64,000 nt of DNA from Podarcis tiliguerta (lineage: Eukaryota), in the NCBI GenBank assembly GCA_965153285.1, contig OZ229118.1, one strand, 5' to 3'. Below the pieces are notes generated by a model. It saw only the letters and a program-made list of their open reading frames with translations. It was not told where the DNA came from and did not search any database. Made by a program: the position numbers and the translations under genes. This document shows, piece by piece, positions 1 through 12,473 of the stretch. Within the stretch, counting starts at the first letter, position 1; each line of letters begins with the position of its first letter.

Positions 1-639
1 CTGATCTGCAAGCGAATGCCTGTTGCAGCTATTAGTTGTAAGAGCAGTAACAGCTTTCAAAAGGTGAGTGTCATTTTTAATGTACGCTGGTGCATCTACC
101 TCCCATTACACTGACACTACACACAATCCAGACAAAGTGAAGTACTTTGAAGTGCTGTTAATTTAAATGGAAGACACAAAATCAATGGGACACCGAAGAG
201 CTTAACTATGGCTGGATCATGGTCAGCGGGGGAGAGGGTTGAGTGGAATGGCAGTACAGTTAAGAACAACATAATGATGTAACATCATTTCTATTTACAG
301 AATGATTTCTCCAGTCTTTTTATTTATGCTGAAGACGGATGAAAATGTGGCTGTTTGTCTCTGGATGTTTTAATGGATAACATGCACATGCGTGAGAACA
401 CTGCATCACAATAATTGACTCGTGTATGACAGTCCCTATTATTTTCATTGAAAAATGCCAATCTCTCTGCTGCCTTATTGTGAAATCAGTTTGACATTAG
501 GGAATTATTCCTGTCCAGAGGACAGGGCCCATAAAGTGTTTACAATACAGGCCTGTTATAGTGCTTAAGGTTCTTGACGCAGGCAGTTTATGATGCAATG
601 CATCCAGTATCATACTGTCTAAAAGAGACAGTCACTTAC

Positions 640-825
640 CTTTTTGACTTCATACTTAATTGCCAGTTTGACACGACTCAATGAAGCTCTGTGCCTTTGT
701 GTTTCAACTGGCTCAGCCTCCAAATCTCCATTTAGAATGGATTCTACCTCTTCAGAGTCTCGGCAGAGATCAAGGACGCCAACCACAAAATCCTTGCATT
801 GCATAGACAGCTTGCGATAGTCATT
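640..825 (-). CDS. TRPC3: TRPC3 coding exon 3 (186 nt, phase 0/0)
   Basis: Acceptor ttttag|AAT GAC TAT CGC AAG at 827-826; donor AAA AAG|gtaagt at 639-634. Translates [34 protein letters not shown]...[16 protein letters not shown], matching vertebrate TRPC3 as recalled. Confidence 0.96.
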
Positions 826-1069
826 CTAAAAAGCAGACAATAGTTATTGAGTCACATCAATTCATGTGGAACTGATTTAGTAATGCACATTTATTTAGTC
901 ATGTACATTCTGCAGATGACTGCCTAGGCTGGGTTGCACATTTCTGCCCTCTTTTTCGTACATGGCATTCAAACGATACTTGAATTTGCATAGCAACACA
1001 GATACCAACATGCACACTGAGACAGGGAAGACAATGCAGCACTATATGCAGGTCCTCAAATTAGTGTAT

Positions 1070-1560
1070 TATTAATTGTTATGATTTATTCTATTTAGTG
1101 TGGCTTTCCACAAAAGCTGCATCAAAACGGCTTGCAGATCCATTAAATGCACAAGGCTTGAAAACATTTAAAAAAACAAATACATGAAAGAACGGTTTAT
1201 CTAAAAAGTGCTCATGCAGCAATGAACCTAACTCCACCCAATTGAAAGATGAGCAGGTCAAAAATCACACTGTGTTATAATCCAAATTAATCCACCAAAA
1301 GCCTAGGTAAACAGGAATTTCTTAGCCTGGCATCTGAAAGGCGACAGTGATGGCGCCAGGCATGTTCTTCTGGGGAGAGCATTCTATCAATGGGGACCAA
1401 CCACTGAACAAGCCAGTTCTTACCACCCTCCACACATTTCTCAGAAGGGGCACACAGAGAGGGGCCTCTGATGACGATCGCCAAGATCCCAGTAGGTTCA
1501 CAGGAGGAGTGTACAGTAAGGGCTGCTCTCATATTTGGTTTTGGTCCAAGAGGACCAAAG
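1070..1560 (-). mobile_element. Old L2-like LINE 3' remnant
   Basis: Degenerate similarity to the L2 3' region at 2521-3349 (gcctggcatctgaaa...gagagcattc...accactgaacaagcc). Boundaries approximate. Confidence 0.45.
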
Positions 1561-2289
1561 TAATCAAGAGCAGCAGGATCCTAGAGTATTCCATATGATG
1601 GGTACAAGTCAATCACTTTATTATCTCCCCTCTCCCCTCTGTTACTCTAGTTGTCATTCATTTGTCTCTTACATTCCACGGCTCTCTGTAAATCTGTTAT
1701 TACTGTCTGTCACCTCTGAAAAATGGTCCTTGTGTTCAGAAACTCCTTAGCACACCAATCTCATGGAATTCTTTTCAGCACTGTTAATTTTAGTATTTAA
1801 GTCTTGAGCCCGGTTGCTTTCACTACAGAAGTGCTGAATACATTGATAATGTACCTCTCTCTTCCCTGCCCCATTTTAGAACTTTGCTTTGAATATGTCC
1901 CAACTTCCTCCTTATTCTCCCTTATTTCAGAAAAGCATTTAGGGTTGCGATCCTATGCCACTTACATGGGAGTAAGTTCTGTTGAAATCAATGGAGCTTA
2001 CTTCGGAATACACCATAAAACTCAGAGTTGCCGGCATCACTATGGCTACACCTATGACTTCAAAAATCATTATCTTCCTGTCCTAAGATTACAGAAAGGT
2101 GAAGACTCTAAAATTAAGGAGCTGATTTCATTTGTTTCCTGCCTTCTTATTTGTGACTTCTTAGTCCCTCAAAAACCTTAGCTACAATACATAATTAACT
2201 TTTTAAAAACACCACATGATCAACTTGGGTTGTTAAAAATGTGGGGCAAGTAGATCTGTGCAAAGTTCAGAAAGTCTGAAGCAACCTCA

Positions 2290-2378
2290 TGCAATCCTAC
2301 ACTCACTTACCTGGGAGTAAGTCCAACTGAACTCAATGGGTCTAACTCCTTCAGAGTGGACATAGATAGGATTGTGCT
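2290..2378. repeat. ~90 bp foldback interspersed repeat (MITE-like)
   Basis: gcaatccta...gagtaagtcc-aactgaactcaat-gggtctaactc...taggattgtgc inverted arms. Related copies near 1940-2010, 15175-15270, 21505-21570, 31760-31850, 40570-40630, 63750-63810. Confidence 0.6.
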
Positions 2379-2520
2379 ATAAATCACCAGTGGTACCTCA
2401 ACACACACCACCTCTGGCAAAAGTAGACCAGGCAGCAGCAGGTCAGTATATGTGGGTCAGTGTGCAAGCTCAGCATGTGCTAAAGTGACATAGTTGACTC
2501 CATCCAGGTAGTCATAAGAA

Positions 2521-3349
2521 TAATAATATAATCATAATAATTTATTATTTATACCCCGCCCATCTGGCTGGGCCTCCCCAGCCACTCTGGGCGGCTTCCA
2601 TATAAACCAAAATTACACTAAAATATCACACGTTAAAAACTTCCCTGAACAGGGCTGCCTTAAGATGTCTTCTGAATGTCAGGTAGTTGTTTATCGCTTT
2701 GACATCTGCTGGAAGGGCGTTCCACAGGGCGGGCGCCACTACCGAGAAGGCCCTCTGCCTGGTTCCCTGTAGCTTTGCTTCTCGCAGTGAGGGAACCGCC
2801 AGAAGGCCCTCGGCGCTGGACCTCAGTGTCTGGGCAGAACGATAGGGGTGGAGACGCTCCTTCAGGTATACTGGACCGAGGCCATTTAGGGCTTTAAAGG
2901 TCAGCACCAACACTTTGAATTGTGCTCGGAAGCGTACTGGGAGCCAATGTAGGTCTTTCAAGACCGGTGTTATATGGTCTCGGCGGCTGCTCCCAGTCAC
3001 CAGTCTAGCTGCCGCATTCTGGATTAGCTGTAGTTTCCGAGTCACCTTCAAAGGTAGCCCCACGTAGAGCGCATTGCAGTAGTCCAAGCGGGAGATAACC
3101 AGAGGATGCACCACTCTGGCGGGACAGTCCGCAGGCAGATAGGGTCTCAGCCTACGTACCAGATGGAGCTGGTACACAGCTGCCCTGGACACAGATTTGA
3201 CCTGTGCCTCCATGGACAGCTGTGAGTCCAAAATGACTCCCAGGCTGCGCACCTGGTCCTTCATGGGCACAGTTACCCCATTCAGGACCAGGGAATCCTC
3301 CACACCTGCCCGCCTCCTGTCCCCAAAAAACAGTATTTCTGTCTTGTCA
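2521..3349 (-). mobile_element. L2-clade LINE, 5'-truncated (RT C-terminus plus 3' tail)
   Basis: ORF 2626-3303 has VRSLGVILDSQLSM, SRLDYCNALYVGLP, LQLIQNAAARLV, HITPVLKDLHWLPV, typical of L2-clade ORF2. AT-rich simple-repeat tail at the left end. Confidence 0.9.
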
Positions 3350-3537
3350 ATCTGTTACCCGCCAAGAAGTGGTTCTGCTTAATTCCTTGCAGGACCTGAA
3401 GCTTTTAGGGGGGAGCAATGACACCTGTGATAAAATTATGAGATGAGACCACTATCTTTCTCATCTTCCCAGCTGCCTCTTGCACAATACCCATGGAACT
3501 ACTTCTCCATAGGAAAAGCAGAGAAGCCTCTTTCAAC

Positions 3538-4336
3538 CAGTGGCGTAGCAAGGTCAGGTGATACCCGGGGCAGAACATTTCTTGTCACCCCCCCCCCCGC
3601 CCCATTGAAATTATTAAAAGAAGGAAAAATAAAATACTTACAGTTACAAGTGTTGTTTTCTGGTTTATTTACTTAACACTGTGAGCATAAGCACTTAAAA
3701 CCTTTCCCCCCCACCCAACTTTGTTCTCTGCAAATTTTGAAATCGCATCATCAAAATCAATTCCTTCCGCTACTTTTTTTTTCAGCTGACAAGATGGCTA
3801 AGTCAGAGAGCCAAGCTTGACTCATAGTGGACCTAAGATAACTCTTGATTGAGCATTTTATCCTTACAACAACAACCTTGTGAGGGAGCGGCCTGAGGGG
3901 TCCATCGAAAAGGGAGATGAAGCTTATAAGCACCGGAGCACTTAAGCAGCTCTTTTGTGTCAAGACTTGGAGCAACAAGCTTGCAACCCGCCGTCCTTTA
4001 AAGCCTGCCTGTCGGGGAGCCAGGTGAGATAGTTGGCTGGATGCAGCTGCACCTGGGAGACTCTCCCCACCTTTCTCTACGGAAAGGCAGCGGTGAGGGA
4101 GTCTGCCTGCCTCCTCCAACTCATCCGCCCTACAGCTGGGAGGGAGGCAGCGGGCAGACCGTTTGGGGTAGCACGGAGCCTGCACGCGCCAAAGCCACTC
4201 TGTCTCTCCTAGGAGAGATGCATGGCTCAGGTGCACTGCAGGGCCCACGGTGAGTGCTGCCTGGCATTTTGTCACCCCCCTCAGTGGTGACACCCGGGGC
4301 AACCTGCCCCTACCACACCCCCTTCCTCCGCCCCTG
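3538..4336 (-). mobile_element. Internally deleted hAT DNA transposon with transposase C-terminal remnant
   Basis: Perfect 8-bp TSD CTTTCAAC (3530-3537, 4337-4344). Imperfect TIRs CAGTGGCGTAGCAAGG / CAGGGGCGGAGGAAGG. Minus-strand IKSYLRSTMSQAWLSDLAILSAE and IDFDDAISKFAENK resemble the hAT dimerisation domain. Confidence 0.88.
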
Positions 4337-4821
4337 CTTTCAACACACACAAAATGACGCACACGTTTAATCCAGGACCCAGCTGCTGGTCTCTCTTTCG
4401 TATGCTCAATTTATTATAAAGCTTAGTACCAAGTCTCAACTAAGCAATTACACAAACCTCGGAGTGCAAATGGTATTATCTGCAAAGCGTCTAACGCATT
4501 TTAAACTTGCTCTGCAAATAAGAACGCAATTATGACAACTAGCTGCGATCTCCCTAGAGAACCGTCCTAAAGGGCGATTGAAATTAGGGCAGCTTGATCT
4601 TCTTGTCAGATTTTTGCCATTGTTCACATTCTTCCATGGGAGTTGCATCTGGAAACCCAGACTAGCCACTTCTCCTTTGCCTGGGAAGCTGTTTGAAAGC
4701 ACCCCTGGCTTCTTCTTAAAACCTTTGCTACCGAGTTAGAGCTGCTCTAACTCATATGTATAAGAATAGACCTTATTGGGCAAAGCATGGGTCAATAATC
4801 ACAGCAAAAGCAGCATGGCAT

Positions 4822-4975
4822 GAGGAAGGACCATAGCTCAGTAGCAAAGTGTCTGCTTTGAATCTCTAAATAGGGCTAGAAATGAGACCCCAGGGAGCTT
4901 CTACCAGTCAGTGCAGACAATACTGAACTAGATAGACCAAGGATCTGCCTAAATATAAGGCAACTTCCTATGTGC
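4822..4975 (+). mobile_element. tRNA-derived SINE with CR1-like tail (Squam2-like), degenerate
   Basis: Head gaccatagctcagtagc; tail cagtcagtgcagacaatactgaactagat...ggcaacttcctatgt, shared with 40320-40479. Confidence 0.65.
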
Positions 4976-7104
4976 CTTACATACTCATTTTAGCAAAAGG
5001 GAAGAGAATTTAGTGTTCGATCTATCCAGATATGTTTGTTTCTGATTTTTCTAGAAAAAGGCTTCAGCTCTAGCTGGTAGAATTATTATTATTATTTTAA
5101 AGTCATTGTTTAAATGTGTGTGTGTGTGCATTACTATCTTTGACAAGGATACAGTAGTGAAAGTGGATTTTAAATATCAGGACTGAGGCAAGTCATGAAA
5201 AAAAATAAATCTCAGTGTGTTGGTATTGCTCCTTAATCACTCAAGATTTTTTCTGCATTATTCAAGTCCAACCAATCATGCCAAAGCATTTATAAAAGAA
5301 TAATGCCAGCTAGATCTCCTTGACAAGAGATAATCTAATGAGCAAGAACTGCTGTTCTTTTAACAAATTAGAAGTTTCAAATTTTTGCAAAGTTGCAATA
5401 TCCTTAATAGAATGAGAATTTCTTCACAGTTGCCAACAGTCCTAAGTTAAGAGCCCTGGAATTCATCTATGCCAGGCATGTGGGGATATGCAGCATGAGA
5501 AGGCAAAAACCTATTGCATTTGCTCTGCCTCAAATGGTAATGAATGGCTGCATGATTCAAGTGATAAGCCTGATCCATTATAGAATGGAAAATCCTTCTC
5601 TGTCCCATTTTAGCCATAGATTCTGTTGAAAAAAGCAACCTCCTGGACAATCAGATAAACCAAGACAACCAATTAAAACCCACGATTCTATGCTTTCTCG
5701 CTGTCTCTCGCTTTGCTTTCAGAAGTGTCAGAAGGTATGCTCTGTTCAAAGCTTGTGGCTTTCCGATAGCTTTGAACAGGCATTTCTATCTCAAATCCTG
5801 TAGGCAAAGTATTATCTCATATTTGATTCTCCTCTCAGCACAGGATAGGGTAAGCAGCAGCAGACAATTTCATTCTCACTTCCATTCAGTTTTCCCTACT
5901 GAAGCCAAAATCAGTTCTATATTAGACCAATTGCATTGCTTCCGATGACAACATTTCTGTGTCATTGTTCTTCCTAGTGTCATGGTTTCAGATTCATCCC
6001 TCATACTGGTCCACCCCACCTATCTCCGTCTGCTACCACCAGACTTTACATTTCAAAGCATTTCCCCACTAGTTATGAGGCAACGAATGACTGTGCGCCT
6101 CAAGCAACCACAACACAGTAGTCCCTTCTCTATGTTAACATTTGCAAATAATGCATATCCCAGACACATTACACGAGAAAGTTTTGAGACCTTCTGATAA
6201 AAGCCGTCCAAAATCCTTAAGGATACATATTGCATGGCCAGGTTGACATTGTTTGTTGCAAATAAACATAAGAGATGTTTGAAAACCTCCCAAAAAGTTA
6301 TAAAGAAGACTGGAGTTTTGTGAACGGACCCACTAAATGAGATAGTGGTTGATGACTCCTCCTTGTTGCTGATTAGATTGTTTTGTCAAGTTTGAATGCT
6401 GATAGGTATTGGTGTCCCATTCAAAATAAAAGGATTAAGTTCTGCTTTAAAAAAATTAAATCTTTATTTACTTACTAAATTTTTTATCCAGCCCTTCCTC
6501 CAAGGAGTTCAGGATTTCCCTGGCCTGCAACACAGTTCGTCAAGGCACACTAGTTAAATGGGTTGACAACAGGCAACCAATGTTAGTGGTGGAACTGGGT
6601 TTCATAAATAAAGCAGTAAGATGCCTTGAGGGGCTGGGTTCTTGTAGTATAATGCAATCCATAAGTGTAATGGAGCAACAAAGACAAACAAACCCCACAA
6701 AAACCTACAAAGTAACATTAACACCAAAGCCTGAAAAGAAAAAGCAATCTGCCCCATATGTATACATTAGTGGCTTACAAAGTAGGCCTAGCATTAGGGG
6801 ATGCAAATAATCCCATTCTAATGCTCACATTCTCCATCCTTGAACAAGCACATCAAGCTCTTGAATCTGTGCCTCGAATCTTGAATCTGTTAAAGACAGA
6901 TCTATTTCTTTTTTCTGGCATGGATGGGAGATTCCATCACCAGCTTTACTTAGCCTTTAATTGACAGTGGAACTTCCAAAGGATTCCTGTGCCTTCAAAT
7001 GATATGCACTGGAGGTATGTGGGTGTGGGTGTGGCTGTGTCAGGATTTTACTTTTTCTAACCTATCTTGAAGACTTTTCCCAAACAAATTTACATTAAAG
7101 AATA

Positions 7105-7362
7105 CAGTTTTTGAACTGTATTTTGGTTTTTGAACAGCTTAGTTCTTGAACATTTTGGCTCCTGAATGCCAGAAACTGGGAAGTGACTGTTCCGGTTTGC
7201 GAACTATTTTTGGAAGCTGAACAACTGACAGGGCTTCCGTGGTTTCCGACTGACTGCAAGAGCTTCCTGACACCAATCAGAAGCTATGCTTTGGTTTCCA
7301 AACATTTTGGAAGTTGAATGGACTTCCGGAATGGATTCCATTCAACTTCCAAGGTATGGCTG
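7105..7362. mobile_element. Old Tc1/mariner-type MITE
   Basis: TA-CAGT ... aaggtatggctg-TA ends like the other TA-flanked MITEs here; left TIR decayed. Confidence 0.5.
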
Positions 7363-9240
7363 TATGTCATTTAAAGACTATGACATGCAGTTATGTTCTT
7401 AATTTGCTACTGTATGGGCTGGAAGCATTTGCTCTGTTGGTACATAGTACAAGAACAGTATAAGAACAAACATAGGTCTGATGATATACCATTTCAAACA
7501 GGGTTAAAAGGCCTAATTCAATATAGTCAACCACTTTTTCAGTAAATGCTGCAGTTTCTAAGTGCAAGTCAAAGCTGACACCTTAGTATTTAGGTGCTGT
7601 CACTGTTTGCTTGGGTCTATATCTCTCCTAGCCTTCGCCAGAAACTTTTGTTCTATTAATAATATGATCTATGATCAGTTACAGTCAGTAAACTACAATG
7701 TCATGCTTCGATTAACTGCATGCTTTATGAGAAGCTGGGATAGTAGAGCAAAGCCTTGAAAGAGTTTATTATGGCCTGTAATAGCTACACGTTCAACTTC
7801 CAGGATTATAGTCTTCCTTCAAACAATATTTTTGTAACTTCAATAAGTCAATTTTATCTGGATACAGAAGATCTGGATACAGAAAATAAAAAGTAAGGAA
7901 GAAACGTATTTCTGCACTACACAACAATGCATCAAATGTATTATACACTACACAACAAGGAATCATCTTAGAGTTTCAGTACAATGTATAAAATAAAGAT
8001 TCGCAAATCCTGCTGTGTTGCAGGATGCATTGGAACAAGATGAGGTGCTTTCCTTGGTATGACATTGTAATACAAAACTGTGTAAATGAGCAGAATGTTG
8101 AAGTAATTACGTATTTACGTAACTATTCAAATCCAAATCTAATGCCACGCTTACAAAATATGCAACTTGCAAAAAGGCTAAGTTTAATTTTTCACCGCAC
8201 TTCCATCTACAATGGAAGGGCCACTGAAGGAGCTGAAATGTGCTGTAGCAGATATTAAGTTGTACATTATGTCTGGCACTGCCGTGTTAAATACCCACAT
8301 AACCATATACCATCACTGCCAGCCCATGCTGCCCACCCACATTTAGCTCTTTAAACCTCTCTCTGCTCGGAACAGGCCTCGCAGATTAATGTGTCTTTTG
8401 CCTCCTCACAATAATTTAGGGAAAAGTTAATTAGAGAAGTGGAATCCAACACTGACCCAGAAGGACCCCATTAAAATGTTTGCTGCAGCTGGATAAAATT
8501 GCCATTTGTAGAACCAATTTTGTTTACAATCTGCATCCACCATCCCAGTTTCTTCTTTCAGAAAGACCTACTTCAGGATAGGGCTATCCTCTGTAACTTT
8601 ATCAGGCATTTTAAAAACATGGGCATCATAAAGGGGCAGAGCAGAGTAATGCTTATCAGAGTCCAGTTAATGAAAAATCTGGAAAAAGAGAGACTAGTCG
8701 GCATGCTATGACTCCATTATATGTATAGATGATCATCAGACAGAAAAGTGGGACATCTGGATAGATTTTAACAGCTGGCTCTTGGCACACTAATACATTT
8801 CTGGCAGATGAATGAGCGGTGTCCTTCTGAGAGGGAAATGACAAATGTGCGTAGCTTTTATAACTTGTAAACAACAATCTAGAGGTGTGAATAGAAACAG
8901 GAATACTCATTTAGGACCTAGCACTTGCTTTTTCTTCTGGTAGCTCAGATGGCATTATTTCAACAGAGTGCACTTTAATAAAAACAATTATGTTCTGTTA
9001 CAGTGAACAAACCTGTTTTCATCTATTCCAAGGGGAGTATTGCGTTTTTTCTGATTACACCCGGCGCTTATGAAGTATTTTCATTTAAAGCAAAATGGTG
9101 TTTTCAAAAAACATCCAGACATCGCAGCAGCAATATTAACAGGAACAGATAAAGTGAGGGGGAAATAAATGTGAAGTGTTTTAATCCACCGAAGCCAATG
9201 CAGCACGCAGAGAAGGCACAGAAAAAAGAAGAAGCCTTAC

Positions 9241-10012
9241 CTTGAATTCTTTTTCAATATTAGCCAGTTTAGCAAGCTCATTACTGAGTTCTAGAGCAGT
9301 GAGAACCGGGTCTTCGCTAGACAGAGACAGGTAGGCAGGACTTGCCAAGCCCTTGTATGCATTTATCCTTGACCTGGAATGGCTGAAAGAATCATGCTTT
9401 TGTTTCTCAGTACAATCGTTGCACTTGCAGAAATAATCATGAGGTCTCTCTATCCTCGCCCCTTTCATTAACAGCATGTGCACCACCTCATACTTCTGAC
9501 AGTGGGCTGCTAAAATGATGGGTGTGATGTCTGGGGAGAATCGGGTGCCGTCTTCATCGTAAGAATAAAAGTCATCATCCTGGAGCTCCTGCTCACAAGG
9601 GCTCAGAGTCAGCCGCTTGCTAGCTGCAAACCCGGGATGATTCAAGATTGCTTCCACAATCCGGACATACCCTTTGCTAATTGCAAGCAGCAGGGCATCT
9701 CCGATCCGTGCCAGATTCTCCTTCTTCAACAGAAGTTCTGTCACTTCCAAATGTTCATTCCCCACAGCGAGCTGCAAGGCATTTTGGCCCATGTAGTCGA
9801 CACAGTTGACATTCAACGTTTTTGACTCTTCCAGCATTTTGCGTACCACAGGGATGTTCCCATACTCTGCCGCGTCCAGAAAGCGCTCTTCCTCTGCCGT
9901 AAGACTTGTGCCCCTCTCGTTGAACATAAAAGCTGGACCTCTGATTGCTTGCCGCCTTCCCTTTTCCCTCATCACAGTCATGCGTCTCAAAGAAGGGCTT
10001 CCATCAATGGTC
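9241..10012 (-). CDS. TRPC3: TRPC3 coding exon 2 (772 nt; ankyrin repeats, phase 2/0)
   Basis: Acceptor cattag|G ACC ATT GAT at 10014-10013; donor TTC AAG|gtaagg at 9240-9235. Encodes [76 protein letters not shown]...IEKEFK, diagnostic of TRPC3 rather than TRPC6/7. Confidence 0.97.
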
Positions 10013-10130
10013 CTAATGAGCAGAAACAAGACATTTGGAATATTTTTATAGCTGTCATTGTCTTGGAAGAGCTTCTCTAGGAATCTACACTCTTGGGCTA
10101 GAGTGGCCCAAGTTAAATATGCATACAATA

Positions 10131-10688
10131 GGTGAAGACAGGTCAATCACAAAAAATAATCCACACTGCACACCTGGATTAATTGAGAATGATCCCTCCC
10201 CACTTCAAACGGGGGGCACTTTTTGTGTGGCTGCACACAGCCCCCTGATCCCACACGATTCCTGACAATTTGGCCTGGCTTCACCTCCCCAAGCTCAATA
10301 CCTGGAGGTTCCCGCCCAACCTCAGACAGTAAACCAATCCCAGGTGGGGAGGTGTTGCCAGGGGAGTCGACCAGGTAGGGTTGGGACCACCCTGCACACA
10401 CAATAGAGCAGGCTTCCTCAACCTCGGCCCTCCAGATGTTTATAGACTACATTTCCCATCATCCCTGACCACTGGTCCTGCTAGCTAGGGATCATGGGAG
10501 TTGTAGGTCAAAAACATCTGGGGGGCCGAGGTTGAGGAAGCCTACAATAGAGGGTGGAACTTAGCTGGGAGTTGGTCTCCCTATATCTGAAAGTTTAATA
10601 AAGCTGTGGCCAATTTTAATCCCATAACACGTCATGAGTCATTATTCCACCCGGGGGTCGCCTGGGGTCGGGGGGTCTCCGCGTGGCA
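10131..10688 (+). mobile_element. Unclassified GC-rich insertion (solo-LTR-like) hosting a hAT MITE
   Basis: GC/CpG-rich block in an AT-rich intron, AATAAA at 10597-10602, flanked by atacaata / atgcaata. No canonical TG start. Confidence 0.4.
10409..10544. mobile_element. hAT MITE (136 bp foldback)
   Basis: TIR CAGGCTTCCTCAACCTCGGCCC / GGGCCGAGGTTGAGGAAGCCTA; perfect 8-bp TSD CAATAGAG (10401-10408, 10545-10552). Confidence 0.92.
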
Positions 10689-11889
10689 ATGCAATAAGAA
10701 TTTAACAACCACCTACAGAGCAACACCATTACAGCTCACTTAGAACAGCAGGCAGTCATAGCAACATCCCTTGCAGTCTCGAAGAGGCATAGCTTCTTAC
10801 AGACCACCTTCCGTGTTTTCCATTTTCACAGACCTAAGCACAAGTTTCTGGACCACTGACCACTATCATCCCTGACTGGTAGTCATGTTGGCTGGAGCCA
10901 ATGGAAGTGAAGTCCGACTGCATCTGAAAGGCTACAACTCTCTCATACTTACAATGGCCATGCAGAAAACCACAGGCTTTCATTTCCTTCTTCCCTTGCA
11001 CCCTAGTACCCACCTCACTCGGGATGGAAAAGAATAATAAATTCAGCAAATGAAACTCAGTTTTTATAGGGCGAGAACATTCTTCTAAATGTACAGTGTT
11101 TTGTCAGCGGAGATAAATAGTCCAATAAATATACTATGACAATGTCATATATTTGATGTGCCCGATATGTCTTCCCAAAATAAATTACTATTAGAAAGTA
11201 GCTTGTATTTCATTGACAAGACTCTTGCCTGGCATTTGAAAAAGCATTTTTCTTTTCTGTGGTCCTGCATATCCAGATAGCTAGCTAAAGGGAACATATA
11301 TAATCAAATAAAATAAGGAACCAAGATGCACTGTAATTCCTGCACAACCAAATTGGCTATTGAAGTTTGCGAATTTAATGCTGATGTGTTTTTTTAATCT
11401 ACTTACTGTGTAATGGCGGTTGCTTGTGATAAATTTTCTGGCAGGAGATTGCATGGGGGTGGAATTTACTGTGATAAATGTTAGTTATTATTGAAGTATG
11501 TTTTAAATATACGGTTACTAGGAAAGTAGTCCTGAGACCTTCAGGAATAATGCCATGTTTAAATAAAATAGCAATTATAATAATAATCAATGTCAATGAA
11601 AACATTGTTGCTGTAACAGTTCAAGAATTAGACACCAAAACTCACTATGCCACAGTTAAGCACTTTTCAGTCCAATCAATTTCAAAGGAAGAACACTTAA
11701 CAGTTCTCCTGAAATCAATGAAACAAAAAAGTTATTCATTGTAGCAGACAGTAGGTTAATTATTCTATCCTGTTTGTCCTTATCAACTGAGAGCATGGAA
11801 AACTAGCACCTAACAGCATGTGCAACAAAAGTCATACTCAAACTGCCATACATTTGTTAACTCAAACCCAACAGGTAAGGTAGAAAGCA

Positions 11890-11980
11890 GAGGTGCAACC
11901 ACAGCCAGCATGGCCAATGGTCAAGGATGATGGGACTTGTAGTCCAAAGTCTCTGGAGGACAGCAGGTTGAGGAGAATGG
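11890..11980. mobile_element. Older short hAT-like MITE fragment
   Basis: cagcatggccaatggtcaaggatgatgggacttgtagtcc motif related to 10409-10544. Similar relics near 10850-10940, 17085-17230, 56145-56275, 59085-59155, 61690-61765. Confidence 0.55.
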
Positions 11981-12473
11981 TAGAGTGCAAACACTGAGTA
12001 GCAGGCAAACTCAGTTATTTTGCTCTGAAAATGACAGCTAGTATGTTTTACGATAATGGTATTTCAATCAATCTAAATTTTAAACATAGTGGAAATCACA
12101 AAAGATGCAAGAGTGTTTGCTTCACATGAAAATGTGATGAAAAATTAACCTAGCATGTTTCGAGTATCATTATGTCCTCTTTTTCCACCCACCTCTAATT
12201 GGACCCAGTTCTAAACTAACTGCAGTAATTTTTTAAAAAGTTAAAAACCAAATTTCCTCCTAATGATTTCCTGTCAGATGTTAATATCTATTATTAAAAA
12301 CATTTACTAGAAGGGCAATTATTAAAAAATAACTTGTAGAAATGCAGGATTTTCGGGAAGTCTTCTAGAGAAGTGGTTCATGTTAGCATGAAAGGATAGA
12401 GTCCTGGCATGTTAGTGTGAGACCATGATGGGAATTTTTTCATCACTGGGTAGGTTCATATTCTTTTTCAATA

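Noticed and set aside
29-69. Possible plus-strand micro-exon ending AAG|gtgagt
   Set aside because: Weak acceptor, antisense to TRPC3, at the window edge; isolated splice motifs are common by chance.
10013-10146. N-terminal 44 aa (and C-terminal VRLLL... at 9181-9240) of the 321-aa ORF
   Set aside because: Intronic read-through beyond the AG acceptor and GT donor; TRPC3 similarity stops at the splice sites.
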